A stretch of DNA of 64,000 nucleotides from Dehalococcoidia bacterium (GTDB taxonomy: Bacteria; Chloroflexota; Dehalococcoidia; SM23-28-2; RBG-16-64-32). The notes beneath the pieces were generated by a model. The model was not told where the DNA came from, ran no database searches, and saw only the letters and a list, made by a program, of their open reading frames with translations. Where the stretch lies: NCBI GenBank assembly GCA_034408935.1, contig DAOUMV010000014.1:32564-96563 (forward strand), given 5' to 3'. Of the stretch, positions 56,720-64,000 are shown piece after piece. The position numbers and the translations under genes were made by a program. Every line of letters begins with the position of its first letter. Position 1 is the stretch's first letter.

Positions 56720-57154
56720 ATGGGAGTCAGTGAGAGCATCGACCGCCTGTTTATGACGCTCATCGAACGTCAGGAGTCCACCTTCGACGCCATCAGGTCG
56801 GCCAACGAGCGCTACCACCGGTTCACCCGCAGCATCCTCGAAGCTTCCCGCCAGGGCGCCCGCGAATGGACGAATGTGGCCCGAGGCTGGGCGCAGCGCC
56901 CCACCGACATCGTCGGGCTATATGAGTCTATCTCCGAGGCCGTGGCCAACGACCAGGCCCGGCAGCTCGCCCTGTGGCAGGAAGCCCTGGAGGACCTGGC
57001 GGACTCCCAGCGGGACGGCCGCGAGGTGATGCGTGGGGGCATCGGCCGGATGCGCGAGGCGGTGGAGGCCGTTCAGGAAAACGTCCCCTCGTTCCTGCGC
57101 GAGCGCGTCTCCGCTCTCCGTCGGGACGAGAAGGAGCCCGTCGCCAAGACCTAG
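56720..57154 (+). CDS. hypothetical protein (phasin-like helical protein)
   Basis: 144 aa, all-helical composition. SD AAGGAG 8 nt upstream. Confidence 0.45.
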   Translation: MGVSESIDRLFMTLIERQESTFDAIRSANERYHRFTRSILEASRQGAREWTNVARGWAQRPTDIVGLYESISEAVANDQARQLALWQEALEDLADSQRDGREVMRGGIGRMREAVEAVQENVPSFLRERVSALRRDEKEPVAKT

Positions 57155-57432
57155 CGACAGACCCCGCAACGGCGCCATGTAGCAGGTTGACGTGCGCCGC
57201 CGCTGTGTTCTCCCAGTCCCCGTTCTGACTGCAGCGGGCCGTGTAGCCTAGCTGGAGCTTCCTGCCCGCCTCCAACTCCCTGAGGGTGAACTGCAGCCCG
57301 AAGTCGCTGATGTCCTCGTGCTGGTGACCATCCACGGAGCCGGTCGCCCAGCGGCTCTCATGGGCAGCGCGGCCGCCGTGGTCGCTGGAGAGTCGAATTG
57401 CTGTCACCAGTACAGACATTATTGTGAAATAC

Positions 57433-57475
57433 TTGTCAAAGCCCTTGACAGGTCACTGCAGGTGTGATAATTAGT
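57433..57475 (+). promoter_or_regulatory. AT-rich promoter island (TTGTCA/TTGACA boxes; extended -10 TGTGATAAT/TAATTA) ~380 nt upstream of the TasA-like gene
   Basis: cttgtcaaagcccttgacaggtcactgcaggtgtgataattag, the only AT-rich stretch in >5 kb. May also serve a divergent transcript. Confidence 0.35.
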
Positions 57476-57850
57476 AGTCTGCTTACGTTATGTCTTGAGC
57501 CGCCGACCGAGACGAGGTGGTGGGGGATCACTCGGTCTCGGAGGTGGAGTGTCGGCGACGGCTTGTCGCCGATTTTCATTTTGCAGGAGGGGGCGCTGAC
57601 CAGACCCTAGCCGAGAGAAATACAGCCCCGCACGGCCGAAACCATGCGGGGCAGGCAGCAGGACGCCGCGTTACCAGAGCCCTCTGCCGTCTCCGATTCT
57701 AATACAGGGTCGGCTCCACGGCAACGGGGCCGGCCCTGTTGGTTTTAGGCCGTGCGGGGCACCACCCGACAGGAGGTGATGCCTATTGCACGGGCGATTC
57801 GGTTTGTAGCGACGAATGCGGCGAACGATTAGCACAAAGGGAGATGGAGA

Positions 57851-58810
57851 ATGAAGCGAAGGATACTCATGAGCCTGCTGGTGATCGGCACCGTGGCGGC
57901 TGTGATCGCCGGGGCGACCACAGCCTACTTTAGCGATACCGAGAGCGCCACCGGCACACTTTCCGCTGGCACAATCGACATCAGGGTAGATGGCCAGAAT
58001 CCCTGGCAAGGCACGTTCCAAATGGCCGATCTTAAGCCCAGTGAGACTGGCCTAATAAACTTCACCATCCGGAACCTCAGTGCCAACCCGGTGGTCGTGT
58101 GGAAGCACATCGGCAACGTTCAGACCAGCGGCGGGGAGCATCCAGAGTCTGAATTTGCCGAGGACCCCAACGACACGATCAACCACATCCACACGGTCAC
58201 AAATTATGACCTGAAGGTGGACAGCACAGTCATTTTCGCCGACGAAGATGGCCTGTCGGTTAACGACATCCGAAGCATGTGGATGCCTCTGGGCACGATA
58301 CCGCCCGGTGGCACTCTCGATGTGGAGCAGAGCTACCACATGCGCGGGGAGGACACCGGCAACTGGGCCCAGGGCGATGTCATGACCTTCGACATCGACC
58401 TGTACGCTGAGCAGGAACTCGGTACTGGACCAGGGCAGCTGTCGCGCAAGCTCTTCCTGGATGACAAGACGGGGGAGCCTGACTGGCACTTCATCGCAAA
58501 CGGCACTTGGGGGCTTCTCAAGTGGGATGCGGCCGGCAACTACAGCTTTGCTGCCCAGGGCCTTACGCCGGGTACCGGCTACACGCTGATTCACTACCCT
58601 GAACCGCAGACAACTTGGCCGTGGCCTGTGAACGCCATTGCCAGCGGGACAAGCGACGCTGGTGGCAAGCTTTCCTTGTCTGGCACGCTGCCGGCGGTGT
58701 CGTCCGGCAAGATTTGGCTCGTTCTCACGAACGACATTGTCGGTGTCTCACTTAGCGGTTGGACCCCGGCTCAGTACCTGTTCGAGTCCCATCTGGTCAA
58801 CATCCCGTAG
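57851..58810 (+). CDS. TasA/camelysin (CalY, peptidase M73)-family protein with SipW-cognate signal peptide
   Basis: MKRRILMSLLVIGTVAAVIAGATTAYFSDTESATGTLSAGTIDI. The AYFSDTE + TGT pattern is the SipW-cognate class signal. SD AAAGGGAGATGGAG. Followed by a SipW gene. Confidence 0.7.
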   Translation: MKRRILMSLLVIGTVAAVIAGATTAYFSDTESATGTLSAGTIDIRVDGQNPWQGTFQMADLKPSETGLINFTIRNLSANPVVVWKHIGNVQTSGGEHPESEFAEDPNDTINHIHTVTNYDLKVDSTVIFADEDGLSVNDIRSMWMPLGTIPPGGTLDVEQSYHMRGEDTGNWAQGDVMTFDIDLYAEQELGTGPGQLSRKLFLDDKTGEPDWHFIANGTWGLLKWDAAGNYSFAAQGLTPGTGYTLIHYPEPQTTWPWPVNAIASGTSDAGGKLSLSGTLPAVSSGKIWLVLTNDIVGVSLSGWTPAQYLFESHLVNIP

Positions 58811-58910
58811 CCCTGGGCGAGGAGGCGACCCAGCAGAAGCAATAGTGGTGTGCGTGGTGGGGGTTCGCTCTGCCTCCGCCACGCGCATCGCCCGCGGTGT
58901 TATCGATGGC

Positions 58911-59471
58911 ATGTCTACTTCCGCGTTCAAACGGCTGATTCGCGTACTGGGGCTGCTCGTCAACGTAGCTGTGACGCTGGCGTTGATCGGCGTCATCCTG
59001 TTCTTTGTGCTGCCCCGCCTTCTCCACTGGGACCTACAGGTGGTCCTCAGCGGCAGTATGGAGCCCGCCCTGCCCGTGGGCTCGGCCATCTTGGTCCGTC
59101 CAGTAGACCCCCAAGCGGTGTCTGCGGGCGATATCATCACGTATCGCCAGCAAGGTTCTCCCAGCTTCGTCACTCACCGCGTGGTGGAGGTCGAGCGCCA
59201 GGGCCCGGCCCTTGGCTTCCGCACCAAGGGAGACGCCAACGAGGATCCCGATAGCTACACGGTGCCAGCCGAGAACGTGGAGGGTCGGGTCTGGGTGGAC
59301 ATTCCATACCTGGGCTATGTGGCCCAGCACGTGCGCGGCTCCTGGGGCTTCCTGCTGTTGGTCGGGGTGCCTGGGGCTATCATCATCGCCGGTGAGGTGT
59401 GGAACATCGTCAGCGTGCTCAGGAAAGGGAAGTCCGGGCAGCTGGACACCCGTCCGGGGAGGGACTCGTGA
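58911..59471 (+). CDS. sipW: signal peptidase I, SipW type (S26B, archaeal/ER-type)
   Basis: N-terminal TM then VVLSGSMEPALPVGSAILV...HRVVEV...KGDAN; S26B SipW pattern with Ser (SGSMEP) and downstream His. Confidence 0.75.
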   Translation: MSTSAFKRLIRVLGLLVNVAVTLALIGVILFFVLPRLLHWDLQVVLSGSMEPALPVGSAILVRPVDPQAVSAGDIITYRQQGSPSFVTHRVVEVERQGPALGFRTKGDANEDPDSYTVPAENVEGRVWVDIPYLGYVAQHVRGSWGFLLLVGVPGAIIIAGEVWNIVSVLRKGKSGQLDTRPGRDS

Positions 59472-60525
59472 GGCCGCACGCCTTGCTCGTGGGGGGTCTC
59501 TTGCTGCTGGTCGCTCTTGCCGTCCTCGTCCTGCCTCGCATCGGCGGCATCTACGGCGTATTCTCGGACACGGAAACGGCAGAGGTCTCCCTCAGGGTGG
59601 CTAGCTCCTTTCCGCCAGCAGAGTGCGGCGGGATGGAGTTCGACAACACGATAACGGGAACGAGCGGGGGCGATAAACTCACAGGCACCAGCGGAAGCGA
59701 CCTCATCTTCGGCCTCGGCGGCAACGACAGGATCAGAGGCCTCGCCGGCGACGACTGCATCGTCGGCGGTGATGGCGACGACAAGATATATGGCGGCAAG
59801 GGCGACGATACCATCGACGGCGGCCCCGGCAGAGACAAGATTTACGGCGGCCTCGGTGACGATACCATCGTTGGCGGCCCCGGCGACGACAAGATATATG
59901 GCGGCCACGGCGACGATGTCATCGACGGCGGGCCCGGCAGCGACAAGTGCAGGGGCGGCTTCGGTGCCGACACGATCACCAACTGTGAGCGGCCCTCTTG
60001 CCCTTGGGGCCTCAGGGCCCAGTTCCACCACTCCGTGCCCACGGTGGACCTGACCTGGCAGGCCGTAGCCGATTCCCTCTACTACAACATATATCGTGGA
60101 ACTGCCAGCGGCGGGCCCTACGAAGGGATCGGCAGCTCCCCCAGACCGTCATATCAGGACGTCAACATAGTCGAAGGGGCAACCTACTACTACGTGGCCA
60201 CGGCTGTGGACGGCGATGAGTTCGAGAGCGGGCCAAGCAACGAGGCGCAAGTAGTGACCCTGGTGGCCGCGCCTTGGGCGGAGCCGACGCCGGCTCCTGA
60301 GCCCACAGGAACACCAGAGCCTATGCCAACGCCAACGCCAGAACCTGCGCCGAACGCTGAGCCCACCGCGACGCCGGTACCAACGCCAGCTCCGGAGCCA
60401 ACTCCAACGCCAACACCGACGCCGAGCCCGGAGCCCACCCCCACGCCGGACGGAACCGCGACGCCACAGTCCACACCTACGCCCGCGGCAGAGCCGACCA
60501 CTACGCCTGAGCCTACACCCGTGCC

Positions 60526-60529
<4 letters not shown>
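59468..60529 (+). CDS. secreted protein with SipW-cognate signal peptide, RTX-like Ca-binding GG.G.D repeats, FN3 domain and PT-rich tail
   Basis: GTG start overlapping the sipW stop (GTGA). IYGVFSDTETAEVSL SipW-class signal. Repeats GGDGDDKIYGGKGDDTIDGGPGRD. DLTWQAVADSLYYNIYRG...YYYVATAVD (FN3-like). (PTPEP)n tail. Confidence 0.7.
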
Positions 60530-62982
<2,453 letters not shown>

Positions 62983-63146
62983 GTCAGATCACCTCAGTCT
63001 GGGAGTTTGTTTGGCATTTTAGCGTTTTGCGGGCTGTTCTCGTCTTGCCATCCCTGGCGAGAACGGCGGTTGGCCCCGCCCCAGATTCCTTCGCGGCAGA
63101 CGCTGGTTCCCCGCACGAGCGTGGTCGCCGCTCAGAATAACAAGGG

Positions 63147-63193
63147 ACGCCTTCCGTGAACCTGTCTTGTCGCGTCATCTAACTTCACCTCGA
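63147..63193 (-). pseudogene. duplicated fragment of the clpC 5' end (SD + first 10 codons)
   Basis: ccttccgtgaacctgtcttgtcgcgtcatctaacttcacctc matches clpC start region 62953-62999 (2 mismatches in the first 29 bp). It encodes MTRQDRFTEG vs ClpC MMRQDRFTEG. A third partial copy of the SD-start segment is at 63310-63345. Confidence 0.4.
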
Positions 63194-63346
63194 TACCATC
63201 TGTCATTCTGAGCGCAGCGAAGAATCTGGGGTGGGGCTGCGTTGCTCGACCGCCATGCTGTGCGCCCGCCCCACCAGACCCTTCGCTTCGCTCAGGGTGA
63301 CAGCTTCGCCGCATCATCTCACTTCACCTCACGCATTCCGTTGTCC

Positions 63347-64000
63347 TTAGGTGCGACAGGCCTCAGCCTGTAGCGTACCCGTTCGCATTCCGTTTCTCAC
63401 CAGTACCACCCAATACACCCCGCCTCCCTCTGGCCTCTCTTCCAGCGATAGGACCTCGAACCCTCCCAGCAGCCTCCCTCGCAGCTCCTCCTCCGTCGTG
63501 TAGTGGTGAACCAGCGCCTTGTCGCCCACCGTGTCATGCGGCCTGATGTAGGTGTTGGGCTCCAGTCGCTCGGCGACACCATCTTCCGCCTCCCGACGTG
63601 ACAGCTCGCAGGCACCGTGGCTGGTGGAGGCGAACGTCGCGAGCAGGTAGCCACCCGGCTCCAGCTTGTCGTGGATGCCCTGAAGCGTGCGCAGAATCCC
63701 ATCCACGGTGGCGTGATAGACCACGTCCCAGGCGATGACGGCGTCCAGCGAGCCGTCATCGGCGGGGATGTCAGTCATGTCGGACAGCGTGACCTGGGCG
63801 GCCAGCCCCGCCTGGCGAAGCCGCTGCCGACACTCGCTGACGGCGGCCGGAGAGATGTCCGAGGCCGAGGCGTCGAGGCCCTCGGCGGCCAGGAACAGGA
63901 GATGCCGGCCCAGGCCGCAGCCGAGATCGTGGACGCGGCGCCGCCCTTCCCCCTTGAGACGGGCGACCAGGTCCACGACGGCCGACTCCGGCGGGCGCGT
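63347..64000 (-). CDS. class I SAM-dependent methyltransferase (N-terminus beyond window end)
   Basis: VHDLGCGLGRHLLFLAAEG (motif I) ...LDAVIAWDVVYH...LEPGGYLL. The frame is open to position 64000. Confidence 0.65.
   Translation of the reverse strand, partial: TRPPESAVVDLVARLKGEGRRRVHDLGCGLGRHLLFLAAEGLDASASDISPAAVSECRQRLRQAGLAAQVTLSDMTDIPADDGSLDAVIAWDVVYHATVDGILRTLQGIHDKLEPGGYLLATFASTSHGACELSRREAEDGVAERLEPNTYIRPHDTVGDKALVHHYTTEEELRGRLLGGFEVLSLEERPEGGGVYWVVLVRNGMRTGTLQAEACRT

Noticed and set aside
56928-57419. 163-aa minus-strand ORF starting next to the AT-rich island
   Set aside because: Its 3' two-thirds run antisense through the better-supported plus-strand gene 56720-57154 (good SD, coherent helical protein), and it has no SD. 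At most the first ~80 codons could be a small gene or divergent transcript; not called.
57560-57700. possible c-di-GMP-I (GEMM) riboswitch in the tasA-like leader
   Set aside because: Only a partial resemblance (CGCAC.GG.CGAAACCAU.CG, GGACGC). The GNRA-capped P1 hairpin and tetraloop receptor are not evident. Kept only as a generic structured-leader candidate.

Overview
High-GC (~68%) bacterial chromosomal segment; by gene content a Chloroflexota/Thermomicrobia-like or actinobacterial organism (inference only). About 60 protein-coding genes, no rRNA, tRNA or CRISPR array seen by eye. The window falls into four neighbourhoods. (i) 1-17 kb is a dense CoA-thioester catabolic cluster: four family-III (CaiB/BaiF) CoA-transferases, three enoyl-CoA hydratases, two tandem F420/LLM oxidoreductases, an acyl-CoA synthetase, an SDR, a LarA-like protein and a hotdog thioesterase. 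Embedded in it are two small tandem paralogous proteins of unknown function. (ii) 18-35 kb holds housekeeping and accessory genes: RimI-like GNAT, a heterodimeric ABC exporter, DMT transporter, RidA, PEBP and ruvB. Interleaved are cell-surface genes: two paralogous LPXTG-anchored Big-domain proteins, and a large secreted protein made of an unknown N-terminal domain, a 7-blade ~41-aa repeat array and a C-terminal GH114 domain. A second protein with the same repeat array sits at 5.7-7.0 kb. An alpha/beta-hydrolase + class III nucleotide cyclase fusion and an AAA+ ATPase share a near-identical 41-bp promoter element. (iii) 35-48 kb is the most unusual block. It has three tandem secreted multidomain proteins built from cohesin-like modules, a YVTN beta-propeller, a CSLREA/beta-helix region and TSP3-like Ca-binding repeats. 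All three begin with an MRY signal peptide and end with a conserved ~70-aa dockerin-like module that terminates in Cys. This is a candidate non-cellulosomal cohesin-dockerin surface-assembly system, or a novel C-terminal sorting signal. It is flanked by an FmdB zinc-ribbon gene bounded by direct repeats, and by a five-gene phage-like structural cluster (capsid-like and connector-like proteins) with no integrase, terminase or portal in the window. (iv) 48-64 kb carries an Fe-S/NarI-like fusion, a DegT aminotransferase, an Eis-like GNAT, an acyltransferase, a TasA/camelysin-SipW operon with a second SipW-cognate RTX/FN3 substrate behind an AT-rich promoter island and a long structured leader, and clpC with duplicated copies of its 5' end upstream. 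All family assignments are from reading the translated sequences and are not database-verified.
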